64,000 nt of DNA from Candidatus Latescibacterota bacterium (GTDB taxonomy: Bacteria; Latescibacterota; UBA2968; UBA8231): the NCBI GenBank assembly GCA_965248265.1, contig CBDFJF010000001.1, positions 2,144,001 through 2,208,000 on the forward strand. Direction: 5' to 3'. This document shows, in pieces, positions 28,576 to 38,692 of the stretch (positions are counted from its first letter, which is position 1; every line of letters starts with the position of its first letter). Position numbers and translations under genes: made by a program. Under the pieces are notes generated by a model, which was given only the letters and a program-made list of their open reading frames with translations, searched no databases and was not told the origin of the DNA.

Positions 28576-29853
28576 TCAGACGGAATCCAGTGCCTGTTCG
28601 AGATCGGTGACCAGATCCTCCGGGTTTTCGACCCCCACGGACAACCTGATCATCCGTTCCGAAATCCCCATCCCGTCCCTCTCCTGAGGATCCACGTCGG
28701 CATGGGTCATGGTGGCAGGGTGCTCGGCCAGCGACTCCGTCCCACCAAGGCTGACTGCCAGCTTGATCAGCTGGAGCGCATTCAGAAAGCGAAAAGCCTC
28801 GGCTTCTCCACCGACGACGTCGAACGAGATCACCGCTCCCGGTGCCAGGCATTGCCGGCGATAGATCTCGTGCTGCGGATCATCCTCCGTGAGGTGTCCC
28901 AGGTAGTAGACGCGCTCGATCTTCGGATGGTCCGCCAACCAGTCCGCGACATAGCGGCTGTTCTTCATCTGGCAGGTCATCCGCAACTTGAGCGTCTCCA
29001 GACTCCGCAGCAACAACCATCCCGTCCAGGGTCCAGCCATGGTACCCAGAAACCCGCGCAGAGCCCGCACCTTGTCCATGAGATCTTGAGATCCGAGGCA
29101 GACACCGGCAATCACATCACTATGGCCCCCGATGTACTTCGTCGCCGAATAGAGAACCAGGTCGGCGCCGTGTTTGAGCGGGTGTTGCCACAGGGGACCC
29201 AGGAAGGTGTTGTCGACGGCCAGGGTCACCTTGCGCTCCGGCGTCGAATACCGGCGGGCAACCTCCGAACACTGCTCAATGTCCGCCAACTCATTGGTCG
29301 GGTTGGCCGGTGTCTCGACATAGATCATGGCCAGGTTGTCCGCCATCCCGGCCTCCGCCAACTTGGCTTCGATTTGATCGACCCCAGAGCCAGCTTTGAA
29401 GCCCAGTGGCCGGATGCCGAACTCGGTCAGGATGTGTTTTATCAGATAATCCGTGCCACCGTACAACGGCTCGCTATGCAGGAGCACGTCGCCTGGCCTG
29501 AGCAATTGCAGCAGCATGGTGCTGATCGCTGCCATGCCGCTCTGGAACACGGCCGCACTCTCGGCTTCGTCCCAAAGCGCGAGTCGGTCCTCCAGGATCT
29601 CGAGATCGGGGTTGTTGAAGCGAGAGTAGATGAGCCCGATCGCCTCCATCGGCCCCTGCTCTCTCTTGCCGTAAGCGACCTCGAAGAAGGCCTTGCCCTC
29701 CTCGGCGCTGTTGAACACGAAGGTCGACGTCTGGAAGATGGGACTCTTGAGAGCGCCCTCGGACAGTTCGGGTTGGTACCCGTAACTCATCATCAGGCTC
29801 TCCGGTCGCAACGCTTTCCCGCCTATGGTGGCCTCCGGTTTGCGTTCAGGCAT
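28576..29853 (-). CDS. Cystathionine gamma-synthase / methionine gamma-lyase family PLP enzyme
   Basis: PIFQTSTF, YSRFNNP, SGMAAI, ETPANPT, DNTF, SATKYIGGHSD, AVSLGGTESL. Confidence 0.92.
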   Translation of the reverse strand: MPERKPEATIGGKALRPESLMMSYGYQPELSEGALKSPIFQTSTFVFNSAEEGKAFFEVAYGKREQGPMEAIGLIYSRFNNPDLEILEDRLALWDEAESAAVFQSGMAAISTMLLQLLRPGDVLLHSEPLYGGTDYLIKHILTEFGIRPLGFKAGSGVDQIEAKLAEAGMADNLAMIYVETPANPTNELADIEQCSEVARRYSTPERKVTLAVDNTFLGPLWQHPLKHGADLVLYSATKYIGGHSDVIAGVCLGSQDLMDKVRALRGFLGTMAGPWTGWLLLRSLETLKLRMTCQMKNSRYVADWLADHPKIERVYYLGHLTEDDPQHEIYRRQCLAPGAVISFDVVGGEAEAFRFLNALQLIKLAVSLGGTESLAEHPATMTHADVDPQERDGMGISERMIRLSVGVENPEDLVTDLEQALDSV

Positions 29854-29883
29854 CAGTGTGCCTCCTTGGCGATTAGCGACTGC

Positions 29884-29920
29884 AAAAAAAAACCTGGCTC
29901 CGCATTAAACCGGTTCCAGG
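29884..29920 (-). terminator. Intrinsic terminator after spoVR
   Basis: Minus strand CCTGG..CCG-loop-CGG..CCAGG followed by T9. Confidence 0.7.
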
Positions 29921-29953
29921 CATCGTGTGGGATCGAAATTGTCCGCTACACTG

Positions 29954-31522
29954 TTACTTCATCGACCCAAACGCTGCCACCGGTTTACCCGCGGCACCGA
30001 ATGCAAGCTCTCCCTGGGCCACACCAAAGGCCACTTCGCTGTCGCCGTCGCACTCTTGCTCCATCGTCACGGGGAATCCCCATAGCGTCTCCACGTGGCG
30101 CATGACCGCGGTGGCCTCCTCTTCGTGGAGGTAGCGTCGGTTGGTGACGTGCTGGCGCAAGGTTAAGTTGCGATCGCCATGCCAGTCGACGGCTGATATC
30201 TCAATGTTCGGTACCTGGTTGCTGATATCGTGTTGGGCCGACAGGATCTTGCGTACATGGCGAAAGCCGGCATCGTCGTGAATAGCCGTCACCTCCAGCT
30301 CCTTTTGCTCGTCATCGTCAAGCAGCGAAAAGAGTCGGAAATGCCGCATCAGATTCGGCGACAGAAACTGCAGGATGGCGCTTTCGTCCTTGAAGGATTC
30401 GGCGGCGAACTTGATCGTCTGAAGCCAGGGGGCCCCGGCGATATCAGGAAACCATTGTCGATCCTCGTCCGTAGGGTTGTCGCACATGCGCTTGATGTCC
30501 GTGAACATGTGCATCCCCAGCGCGTACGGATTGATCTCCGCGAAATCGGGTTGCCGGGTCACGTCGGTGTGGGAATGCAGAAACTCCTGCATCGAACCCG
30601 GCGTGATCAAGCCCTTCTCGAGCAGGCGGTTCATGATGTAGTAGTGGGTGAAACAGGCGAAGCCCTCGTTCAGAACTTTTGTTTGCCGCTGGGGGTAGAA
30701 GTACTGCCCGATCTTGCGGACGATGCGGACAACTTCCCGTTTCCACTCGGGCAGATTCGGTGAGTATTTCTCGATGAAGTAGAGGATGTTTTCCTGTCCT
30801 TCGCAGAGGCACGGAATCACGCCTTCGCTGGCCTGCCCGGCCTCCTCTGTCTTCCCGGTAGCGTCCTGCGGCAGGGTGCTCCACAGAACATTCACATCAC
30901 GCTCCCGTTGAGCGCTGCGTTCCCGCTGGCGCTGCTCCTCTTCTTCGATGGACAACTCCTTGGGATGGTTGTAGCGATCGACACCATGCAACTGCAGCGC
31001 ATGGCAGGCATCCAGCACTTGTTCCACCTCCGTGACACCATAGCGCTCCTCGCACTCCGTGATGTACTTCCTGGCGAAGGCGAGATAGTCGAGGATGGCA
31101 TCGGCCTGGGTCCATTGTTTGAACAGGTAGTTGCTCTTCATGAAAGCGTTGTGCCCGAACGCCGCGTGGGCAATCACCAGCGCCTGCAGCGTCATCGAGT
31201 TCTCTTCCATGAGGTAGGCCAGGCAGGGATCCGAGTTGATGACGATCTCGTAGGCGAGCCCCATCAAGCCGCGGCGATAGCTCTCATTCACAGCGATGAA
31301 CCTTTTGCCGAACGACCAGTGATGGTAGTTGATCGGCATCCCGGCTGAAGTATATGAGTCCATCATCTGCTCGCTCGAGATGATCTCCAGCCTGAAGGGG
31401 TAGTAATCCAACTCGAGCTCTTCTTCGGCGATGCGCTCCATCGCGTCGGTAATCTGCTCGACCTTTTCGAAGGTCCATTCCGGCCCGGTGAAAATCGGTG
31501 CCTGTGCCAGGGTCTCAGCCAT
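29954..31522 (-). CDS. spoVR: SpoVR/YcgB family protein
   Basis: GMPINYHHWSFGK, GLAYEIVINSDPC, IAHAAFGHN, QTKVLNEGFA. Confidence 0.93.
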   Translation of the reverse strand: MAETLAQAPIFTGPEWTFEKVEQITDAMERIAEEELELDYYPFRLEIISSEQMMDSYTSAGMPINYHHWSFGKRFIAVNESYRRGLMGLAYEIVINSDPCLAYLMEENSMTLQALVIAHAAFGHNAFMKSNYLFKQWTQADAILDYLAFARKYITECEERYGVTEVEQVLDACHALQLHGVDRYNHPKELSIEEEEQRQRERSAQRERDVNVLWSTLPQDATGKTEEAGQASEGVIPCLCEGQENILYFIEKYSPNLPEWKREVVRIVRKIGQYFYPQRQTKVLNEGFACFTHYYIMNRLLEKGLITPGSMQEFLHSHTDVTRQPDFAEINPYALGMHMFTDIKRMCDNPTDEDRQWFPDIAGAPWLQTIKFAAESFKDESAILQFLSPNLMRHFRLFSLLDDDEQKELEVTAIHDDAGFRHVRKILSAQHDISNQVPNIEISAVDWHGDRNLTLRQHVTNRRYLHEEEATAVMRHVETLWGFPVTMEQECDGDSEVAFGVAQGELAFGAAGKPVAAFGSMK

Positions 31523-32810
31523 GAGACGGTACTCCTTCCTTTTCGAACAGACCACGAAAGACCGGAAAGATGTCCTTGACCTCAGCGATCCTCGCCATGG
31601 CCAGGATGGGGTGCTGGTTACGGATGTCTTCATAAACACCCCACAACGGGCTGCTGTCGCGTTTGCCGATCTCCACGTAGCCGTAGTACTGCACCAGCGG
31701 CAGGATGTGTTCGACCATGGCTTGTTGAGCCACCGGCAGATCCTGCTGGAAGTTGTCCCCATCCGAGGCCTGGCAACCGTAGATGTTCCAGTGCGTCGGC
31801 GAATAGCGCTCAGCTATCACCTGCTGCATCAGTGCCAGTGCCGTCGATACGACGGTCCCTCCTGATTCGCGCGAACTGAAGAACTCTTCTTCATCGACTT
31901 CCTTGGCCGTGTGATGGTGGCGGATGAAAACGATTTCAACCTTCTCGTAGCTACGCACCAGGAACAGGTAGAGCAGCATGAAGAAACGCTTGGCCACTTC
32001 CTTCTCTCGTTCACCCATGCTTCCCGAGACATCCATCAAGCAGAACATGACGGCACGCGTCACCGGCACGCTCACGCGCTCGTGCCGGCGATAGCGCAGG
32101 TCGACCTCGTCGAGGAATGGGATGGCCTTGATCTGTCGCTCCAACACCCTGATCTCCTCCTCGATCTGGGCAATGCGATCGCTTACCGGGCTGTTGAGTC
32201 CGCTCTGCACCAACTCGTCGCGCTCTTCTTCGAGCCTTCTCTTGCGGCGTTGCTTTGGTATGCGGAAGGCAATCCGGCGCGCCCGCGAATGCCGCATCGT
32301 GCGCAAGGGATCGAGGTTGCTCGGGGTGCCATCGCTGGCGTAGCCGGCCCGCTGCAGGCGGAACTGGTCTTCGCCCTCGAGCGCGCGCTTGACCATGTCG
32401 GGGAGTTCGAGCCCTTCGAAGAAGTAATTGAGGAACTCGGCCTGGGAAACCTCGAAGACGAAGGAATCTTCGCCGTCACCATCAGGAGAGCCCTCGCTGC
32501 CGCCGCTACCCTCACCACCGGCCTCACGTTTGATCTTATCGCCGCGTTGAAACTCTTTGTTTCCCGGGATTACGCGTTCGGTTACACCACCGTCCTGGTG
32601 GCGGAAGGTCGGCTCGTCAGTACCGCGACTGCTGACTTTCAGCTTTTTCGGCGCATCGGAAGCAATGTCCTTGACATCCGCCTCAACGATCTTTTCACGC
32701 ACGGCGGCCCGCACCTCCTGCCGGTGGCGCCGCAGAAAGCGCTGACGGTTTACCAGGCTCTTGTCTTTAGGGTTCTTACGCCGGTCGACGATGTCGAGGA
32801 ACACAGCCAT
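31515..32810 (-). CDS. yeaH: YeaH/YhbH (DUF444) vWA-like protein
   Basis: NRQRFLRR, PGNKEFQRGD, FCLMDVSGSM, ESGGTVVS, QASDGDN. Confidence 0.93.
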   Translation of the reverse strand: MAVFLDIVDRRKNPKDKSLVNRQRFLRRHRQEVRAAVREKIVEADVKDIASDAPKKLKVSSRGTDEPTFRHQDGGVTERVIPGNKEFQRGDKIKREAGGEGSGGSEGSPDGDGEDSFVFEVSQAEFLNYFFEGLELPDMVKRALEGEDQFRLQRAGYASDGTPSNLDPLRTMRHSRARRIAFRIPKQRRKRRLEEERDELVQSGLNSPVSDRIAQIEEEIRVLERQIKAIPFLDEVDLRYRRHERVSVPVTRAVMFCLMDVSGSMGEREKEVAKRFFMLLYLFLVRSYEKVEIVFIRHHHTAKEVDEEEFFSSRESGGTVVSTALALMQQVIAERYSPTHWNIYGCQASDGDNFQQDLPVAQQAMVEHILPLVQYYGYVEIGKRDSSPLWGVYEDIRNQHPILAMARIAEVKDIFPVFRGLFEKEGVPSHG

Positions 32811-32861
32811 GTGCACGACCTCTTGTCGGTGGAGCTCACTAAAAGGAGACGGGCGGTAGCT

Positions 32862-34835
32862 CTACGATGATCGCTGGACCCGCTGGTACCAATCGACGAC
32901 GAGTCTCACCTGATTCTCGGTGTACCCGCGGTCCATCATGCGCTGTACAAAGTCCTCGTGTTTCTGCTGCTCTTCGGCAGAGCTCTTCTTCGTGAACGAA
33001 ATAACCGGCAGCAAATCCTCCGTGCTGGCGAACATCTTCTTCTCGATGACTTCACGCAGCTTCTCGTACCCAGTCCACTCCGGGTTGTCGCCGTTGTGTT
33101 CGGCGCGCCAGCGCAGGACGAAATTGACGATCTCGTTCCTGAAGTCCTTCGGATTGGCGATGCCTGCCGGCTTCTCGATTTTTTCCAATTCCTGGTTCAA
33201 CGCCGCGCGGTCGAACATCTCACCCGTATCCTGGTCGCGATAATCCTCATCGCGGGTCCAGAAATCGGCGTACTGCACGTAGCGGTCGAAGATGTTCTGA
33301 CCATAGCCCGAATAGGACTCGACGAAGGCCGTCTGTATCTCCTTGCTGATAAATTCCTTGTAGCGTTCGGCCAGGTACTCATTGATGAAGCCGAGGAATT
33401 CTTCTTCGCGCTCGTGCTGCAGGTGCAGGATCTCCTGGCGCAACACGTACATCAGATGCACTGGGTTTATGGCCACCTCGTTGGTGCTGTAGTTGAAGGT
33501 CTTCGACAGCACCTTGAAGGCGAAACGCGTCGACAGGCCATCCATGCCCTCGTCGACCCCCGCGTCATCCCGGTATTCCTGTATCGCCTTGGCCTTGGGA
33601 TCCACGTCCTTGAGGCTCTCGCCGTCGTACGCCCGCATCTTCGAGTGCAGGTTTGATTTCTCGCCTGGATCACGCAGTCGTGACAGCACGGAGAACTGCG
33701 CCATCATTCGCAGGGTCTGCGGCGCGCAAGGCGCCTCAGAGAGAGAGCTCTCCCGAATCAGCTTGCTATAGATCTCTTCCTCTTCATTCACGCGCAGGCA
33801 ATAGGGCACCTTGACGATGTTCACCCGGTCGATGAACGCCTCGTTGCGCTTGTTGGTACGGAAGTCCTGCCACTCCGACTCATTGGAGTGAGCCAGGATC
33901 AAGCCATTGAACGGAATCGCGCCCAGGCCTTCGGTACCCTTGTAGTTGCTTTCCTGCGTCGCCGTCAGCAGCGGATTCAGCGTCTTGATTGGCGCCTTGA
34001 ACATTTCAACAAACTCCAGAATTCCCTGATTTCCGCGCGCCAGACCACCAGAATAGCTGTAGGCATCCGGGTCATCTTGGGAATATTCTTCCAACTTCCG
34101 GATATCGACCTTACCAACCAGGGAAGAAATGTCCTGGTTGTTTTCATCACCGGGCTCGGTCTTTGAAATGGCGATTTGATTCAGAATCGAGGGGTAGAGT
34201 TTGACCACCTTGAACTGGGTGATGTCACCGCCGTACTCCTTCAAACGCTTCGCTGCCCAGGGAGACATGACCCGGGGAATGAAGCGGGACGGAATATCGT
34301 ACTTGTCCTCGAGTGCCTTGCGCTGGAACTGGTCCGCGAACAAGCCGAGCGGAGACTCGTTGATGGGGGAGTCCAGAATGGCGTAGAAAGGCTCCTGCTC
34401 CATCAACTCCTTTATGCGCTCTGCCAGAGAGGATTTGCCACCTCCCACCGGTCCGAGCAGGTACAGCACCTGCTTGAGTTCCTCGAGGCCCTGGGCCCCG
34501 TGACGCAGGAAGGAAACGATGTGATCGATCGTGTCCTCCATGCCGTAGAACTCGGCGAACGACGGATAGGTACGGATCACCCTGTTCGAGAAGATGCGGC
34601 TGAGGCGCTCGTCACCACTGGTGTCCAGGAGCACAGGGTCGCCGATGGCCTTGAGTAGCCTCTCGTGCGAAGAGGCGTACATGGTCGCATCGGCTTTGCA
34701 ATGCCCCAGGTACTCCAGCAGGTCCATCGACTCCTGCTGATGCTGGTCGAATAAGTCCTTGTACCAGTCGAGTTGATCAGATCGGTCACGAGAATGGTCT
34801 TGACCATTCTCCCTGGCCGTGGTGACGGTGGACAT
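32862..34835 (-). CDS. prkA: PrkA/YeaG AAA+ serine protein kinase
   Basis: LLGPVGGGKSSL, TEPGDENNQDISSLVGK, EFVEMFKAPIK, AHSNESEW. Confidence 0.95.
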   Translation of the reverse strand: MSTVTTARENGQDHSRDRSDQLDWYKDLFDQHQQESMDLLEYLGHCKADATMYASSHERLLKAIGDPVLLDTSGDERLSRIFSNRVIRTYPSFAEFYGMEDTIDHIVSFLRHGAQGLEELKQVLYLLGPVGGGKSSLAERIKELMEQEPFYAILDSPINESPLGLFADQFQRKALEDKYDIPSRFIPRVMSPWAAKRLKEYGGDITQFKVVKLYPSILNQIAISKTEPGDENNQDISSLVGKVDIRKLEEYSQDDPDAYSYSGGLARGNQGILEFVEMFKAPIKTLNPLLTATQESNYKGTEGLGAIPFNGLILAHSNESEWQDFRTNKRNEAFIDRVNIVKVPYCLRVNEEEEIYSKLIRESSLSEAPCAPQTLRMMAQFSVLSRLRDPGEKSNLHSKMRAYDGESLKDVDPKAKAIQEYRDDAGVDEGMDGLSTRFAFKVLSKTFNYSTNEVAINPVHLMYVLRQEILHLQHEREEEFLGFINEYLAERYKEFISKEIQTAFVESYSGYGQNIFDRYVQYADFWTRDEDYRDQDTGEMFDRAALNQELEKIEKPAGIANPKDFRNEIVNFVLRWRAEHNGDNPEWTGYEKLREVIEKKMFASTEDLLPVISFTKKSSAEEQQKHEDFVQRMMDRGYTENQVRLVVDWYQRVQRSS

Positions 34836-34899
34836 GACTGAACCTCCTGCTCTGAGCGCGATCAACTGCTTCAATGCAAGCTTCGTTTGCCAAGAACCT

Positions 34900-34915
34900 T
34901 GCAAGATCGGTGCCG
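34900..34915 (-). promoter_or_regulatory. Sigma-54 (-24/-12) promoter of prkA-yeaH-spoVR
   Basis: Minus strand CGGCACCGATCTTGCA, exact GG-N10-GC spacing, about 65 bp upstream of the ATG. Confidence 0.7.
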
Positions 34916-35032
34916 AAGCAAGTAATGTTGTTGATATAGAGGCGTGCAGGAAGGTTAGTGGGGCAAATGCCCATTATCAGATCAACTACAGAGGCACTCG
35001 CGGGATTTCACAGGAGGATTGCCGGGTAATCT

Positions 35033-36067
35033 TCAGATCTCGAGGACGATTTTACCGAATTGATCTCCTCGCTCCATGAGGTCGTACGCCTCGCGCCCTT
35101 CACTCAAGGGCATCTGGCGGTCGATGACCGGACTGAGCTTGCCGGCCCAGACCAACCGCATCACGCGGTCGAACTCCATCGGGGTCCCCAGAGTCGAACC
35201 GATGATGCGAAGTTGCTTGAAGAAGATGAAGCGGATGTCGATCTCTGCTTTGGGGCCGGTGGTATTACCCACGGTCACCAGCCTGCCGCCGCGCTTGAGT
35301 GCCCCCAGGCTCTTTTGAAAGGTCGCCTGCCCCACATTGTCGACGACGATATCGACCCCCGACTTGTCCGTGAGCTTGTACACACTCTTGGGCCACTCTT
35401 CGTCACGATAGTCGAACACTTCATCGGCTCCCAGTTCGCGTGCCTGCTCCATCTTTTTCTCCGAACCACATAGAACGATTGCGTCGGCGCCGCACAACTT
35501 GACGATTTGCACCGCCGCCGTGTTGACGCCGCCACCGGAACCGACAATAAGGACGGTCTCGCCGGGACGTATTTCTGCCTGGGTTACCAGCATGCGCCAT
35601 GCGGTCAGGTAAGTAAGCTGCGCCGCTACGGTCTTCGTGTATTCAGCCTCGGCAGGCATCGGCACCAACGCCTGTGCGGGAACCGACACATACTCGGCAA
35701 AGGTGCCCGAGCGGTGCTCTCCCAGAATGCAGAACCGCGGGCTCAACGGATGCTGTCCCCGGCGCGTAAACTCGTCCACAGCCGTGGCGAAACCTGGACA
35801 GATGGCAACCCGTGTCCCCACGGTAATGCCGTCCACGTCAACACCTTCACCCAACTCGATCACCTCTCCGACGCCATCAGCACCGCCCACATGCGGCATC
35901 TCCAACTTCAGACCCGGCCAACCGCGCCGTATCCACAGATCCAGATGGTTGAGGGAGGCGGCGCGCAGGCGCACGACAACCTCCCCCGGACCTGGTGAGG
36001 GATCTGGCACCTGATCGTACTGCAGTACGTCAACATTGCCGTGCTCGTTGAATAGGAGAGCCTTCAT
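35033..36067 (-). CDS. MDR-family (quinone oxidoreductase / alcohol dehydrogenase-like) protein
   Basis: AASLNHLDLW, PHVGGADGVG, GETVLIVGSGGGV, QFGKIVL. Start MKALLF at 36067. Confidence 0.9.
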   Translation of the reverse strand: MKALLFNEHGNVDVLQYDQVPDPSPGPGEVVVRLRAASLNHLDLWIRRGWPGLKLEMPHVGGADGVGEVIELGEGVDVDGITVGTRVAICPGFATAVDEFTRRGQHPLSPRFCILGEHRSGTFAEYVSVPAQALVPMPAEAEYTKTVAAQLTYLTAWRMLVTQAEIRPGETVLIVGSGGGVNTAAVQIVKLCGADAIVLCGSEKKMEQARELGADEVFDYRDEEWPKSVYKLTDKSGVDIVVDNVGQATFQKSLGALKRGGRLVTVGNTTGPKAEIDIRFIFFKQLRIIGSTLGTPMEFDRVMRLVWAGKLSPVIDRQMPLSEGREAYDLMERGDQFGKIVLEI

Positions 36068-37329
36068 ATAGATGATACCTCCATGCCAAGAGGGCCGTAG
36101 AGATGGTGAAAACCGGTGGTGACGACGACATCGACGTCCTCGCCACAGGTGGCGATTCCGTCGTTCAGGAGATCTGTCGCGATCCGCTTTGACACTCGAA
36201 AATAGTTTATCGCCATGTTCGTGCCGGCACCCGGATTGGCCATCAGCCACTCGAAATGGCTGCGCACCTGCTTGTCGACGTCCGGTTGCCCCCGCAGCTC
36301 CTTCCAGCTGCGACTTGGCTTTGCCAAGTCGCCCAGCTCTTCGTCCATCTCCGCAGCAATCGTCGCAAGCGGCTTGTATGTTCCACCCTCGATATCGTAG
36401 ACGTCAGTAATGCGGTAGCCATCGTAGCGGAAGAAGCCATCCTTCTGCGAGCCATCCCCATGCTGCCCCCCTTTGGCACCGGCGCTAAGCATGCGTTCCA
36501 CGGTGGCGGAAACGAAGCTCTCTTTGGTGATGTAGCGCTCCATGACCTCCATGATCGCCGCACAGATATCGACGCCGGCATAGTCCATCACCTGGAAGAT
36601 CCCCATCGGTCGCAACAGGCCAACTCGGCTGACCTTGTCAACCGCATAGACGACCTTTGAAAAGCCATCGCGTGCCTGTAGGTGTTCAATCTGATGAAGT
36701 CCGTAGAGACACTCTCTGATGAAGTGTCCGTTGCCAATGAAACCGGCCACATCGCGCGATGTGACGACGGTCTTGCCCAGGTCGACGGCGAGTTGGCGGG
36801 CAGCAGCCCCGAGCGCGGGCGCTGTGGATGCCGCCGGAATCACCTCCAGCAGCTTCTGCACTGGGGGTGGATTGTAGAAATGAAAACCGACAACCCTGCC
36901 TTCGAGGCGCGCCTGCCGGTCCAGCTCCGCGATTGGAATCGAGGATGTGTTTGAAAGAAACCATGTATCCGGTGAGCACGAATCCTGAAGTTGGCACAAA
37001 GCCTCTACCTTGAGCGCTTCGATTTCGGGCAAAGCCTCGAACACAAGGTGGGCCTCCGCTGCCCGCTGCGGATCCGTCGTCATTTGCACAATCGACGACA
37101 GATTGACCGGCTGGCCACTGCGTGCTGCCCTCTTGGCAACCTGAGTTTCCAGGTACTGCTCCAGGCCGCCAAGCGCCTGTTCCTGGGTGTCGATGAGGGT
37201 CAGGCGGGGCGGGGTTGCATGCCCCCCTCTACCGGCCATGTGTTCGGCCAGGAGCAATGCTATGCCGCGCCCCATCTTGCCGGCCGCGCCGATGACGGCG
37301 ACGTCACGCAGGCGATTCTCAAGTTCCAT
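36064..37329 (-). CDS. 3-hydroxyacyl-CoA dehydrogenase family protein
   Basis: VIGAAGKMGRGIA, VFEALPE, SNTSSIPI, GFHFYNPP, GFIGN. Confidence 0.9.
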   Translation of the reverse strand: MELENRLRDVAVIGAAGKMGRGIALLLAEHMAGRGGHATPPRLTLIDTQEQALGGLEQYLETQVAKRAARSGQPVNLSSIVQMTTDPQRAAEAHLVFEALPEIEALKVEALCQLQDSCSPDTWFLSNTSSIPIAELDRQARLEGRVVGFHFYNPPPVQKLLEVIPAASTAPALGAAARQLAVDLGKTVVTSRDVAGFIGNGHFIRECLYGLHQIEHLQARDGFSKVVYAVDKVSRVGLLRPMGIFQVMDYAGVDICAAIMEVMERYITKESFVSATVERMLSAGAKGGQHGDGSQKDGFFRYDGYRITDVYDIEGGTYKPLATIAAEMDEELGDLAKPSRSWKELRGQPDVDKQVRSHFEWLMANPGAGTNMAINYFRVSKRIATDLLNDGIATCGEDVDVVVTTGFHHLYGPLGMEVSSI

Positions 37330-37368
37330 GCGTGCGGAAGGTAGGGTGAGCTGCGGAACCAGTCGAGG

Positions 37369-37406
37369 AAGACCCTCCAAGGGACAAAGCCCTCGGAGGG
37401 TCTTTT
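37369..37406. terminator. Hairpin between the ybaK-like gene and the dehydrogenase gene
   Basis: AAGACCCTCC...GGAGGGTCTT 10-bp stem; U-tract weak on the coding strand. Confidence 0.5.
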
Positions 37407-37433
37407 AAGCGTGGTGGTGAATCTCGAGGCTAA

Positions 37434-37895
37434 TCAGGAGTAGATCTTGGCGACTGTCGGTCTCACCAGTCTCTCGTAATCCTGATAGGCGATGCGGATC
37501 AATTCGCTGTGATTGCCGGCGTTGAAAGCGATCTCGGCGTCGTCGGCAAGCGGATCCGCCACGTAGACGGGCATGTCGTAGAGATTGCCGAAGGGAGGCA
37601 TGGCCCCGACTTCACACTCGGGAAACAGTTCGGCAAACTCGTTCTCCGACGCCAGTTCGACGTCGTCGGCACCAGCCGCTTCGCGAAGACAATCGAAATC
37701 CACTTTCAACGAGGCAGGCAGGACCGCCATCGCCATCTTACCGTCGATCTTCACCATCACCGTCTTGGCCATCTCTCTCCCGGGTATATGGGCGGAGGCG
37801 GCGATCTCCTGCGCCGTGTACGCGGGCGAGTGGCTGATCGTGATGTACTTCACATAGTGACTGTCGAGGAACTCCCTGGTCTTGTTTCCCGGCAT
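37434..37895 (-). CDS. YbaK/EbsC (aminoacyl-tRNA deacylase-like) protein
   Basis: MAKTVMVK, FPECEVGAMPPFG, FNAGNHSELI. GGAGG SD before ATG 37895. Confidence 0.9.
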   Translation of the reverse strand: MPGNKTREFLDSHYVKYITISHSPAYTAQEIAASAHIPGREMAKTVMVKIDGKMAMAVLPASLKVDFDCLREAAGADDVELASENEFAELFPECEVGAMPPFGNLYDMPVYVADPLADDAEIAFNAGNHSELIRIAYQDYERLVRPTVAKIYS

Positions 37896-37977
37896 GGTGA
37901 ACCTCCCTCCACGAAAATCGCTGTCCCCCCAAACCTGTTCGCCCTTCGAACGTCTGTACGCACCCGATGCCGAATTG

Positions 37978-38670
37978 CTACGGGGCCGGTGGCGCGTTAA
38001 CTCCTTCTTGCAGCCGAACGGCGTCCGTGATGAGATCGACGGCGCCATCTATCCCGAGTCTCCCCGTGTTCAGGAGAAGGTGATAGAGCCCTGGATCAAC
38101 CCAGTCGATGCCGTGATGGCGTTTCAGATAGCGTTGCCTTTGCGTATCGATCGCGCGCAGCTGCTTACAAGCCTCTGCCCTGTTGAAGCCATCCCGCTCC
38201 ATCGCAGTAGTGATGCGAAATTCGCGTGGAGCGCTGATGCTCACATGTAGCGCGTTGGCCCCTGCCAGCACCGCCTGCCCACCCCGCCCGACGAACACTG
38301 CGTTCCCCTGATTCGCCATCTGCTCCATGACCTCGCGTATCATATCGACGCAACGGTCTTCATCCAGTGGCGGCGGTCCGTCCTCTTCAAGCATTTCTGG
38401 ATAAACTGGATATACGTGCCAACCCTCGTGCCAGCCGGCAAAAAGGGCCTCGCCACTCTCCGGCAGCAGGGCTTTTTTTAGAATGCGCTTTACCGACCCT
38501 TCCGGGTGTTCGTCCAAATCCTCCACCGTTGCCACCGGTACCTTGGCTTTGCGCGCGACGGCGACGATCAACGCGTGATCGACGAAGGCATACCCCAGTT
38601 TCCTGGCCACCTTGTAGCCAACGGTGCGACCGCCACTGCCGTACTCGCGTGAGATCGTTATCGCGTGCAT
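37978..38670 (-). CDS. Cytidylate-kinase-like family protein
   Basis: ITISREYGSGG, VFVGRGG, YHLLLNT. Confidence 0.88.
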   Translation of the reverse strand: MHAITISREYGSGGRTVGYKVARKLGYAFVDHALIVAVARKAKVPVATVEDLDEHPEGSVKRILKKALLPESGEALFAGWHEGWHVYPVYPEMLEEDGPPPLDEDRCVDMIREVMEQMANQGNAVFVGRGGQAVLAGANALHVSISAPREFRITTAMERDGFNRAEACKQLRAIDTQRQRYLKRHHGIDWVDPGLYHLLLNTGRLGIDGAVDLITDAVRLQEGVNAPPAP

Positions 38671-38692
38671 GTCCGCCTCCTCTCTCCAGACT

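Noticed and set aside
29854-29953. SAM riboswitch ahead of the Met/Cys lyase gene
   Set aside because: The gap is only 100 bp, is largely the spoVR terminator and shows no SAM-I/II consensus.
28513-30105. 530-aa plus-strand ORF
   Set aside because: Antisense shadow of the PLP lyase gene; no motifs, typical of high-GC DNA.
34874-34892. Second TGGCA...TTGCA motif upstream of prkA
   Set aside because: GG-GC spacing is 12 nt, not the 10 nt required for sigma-54.
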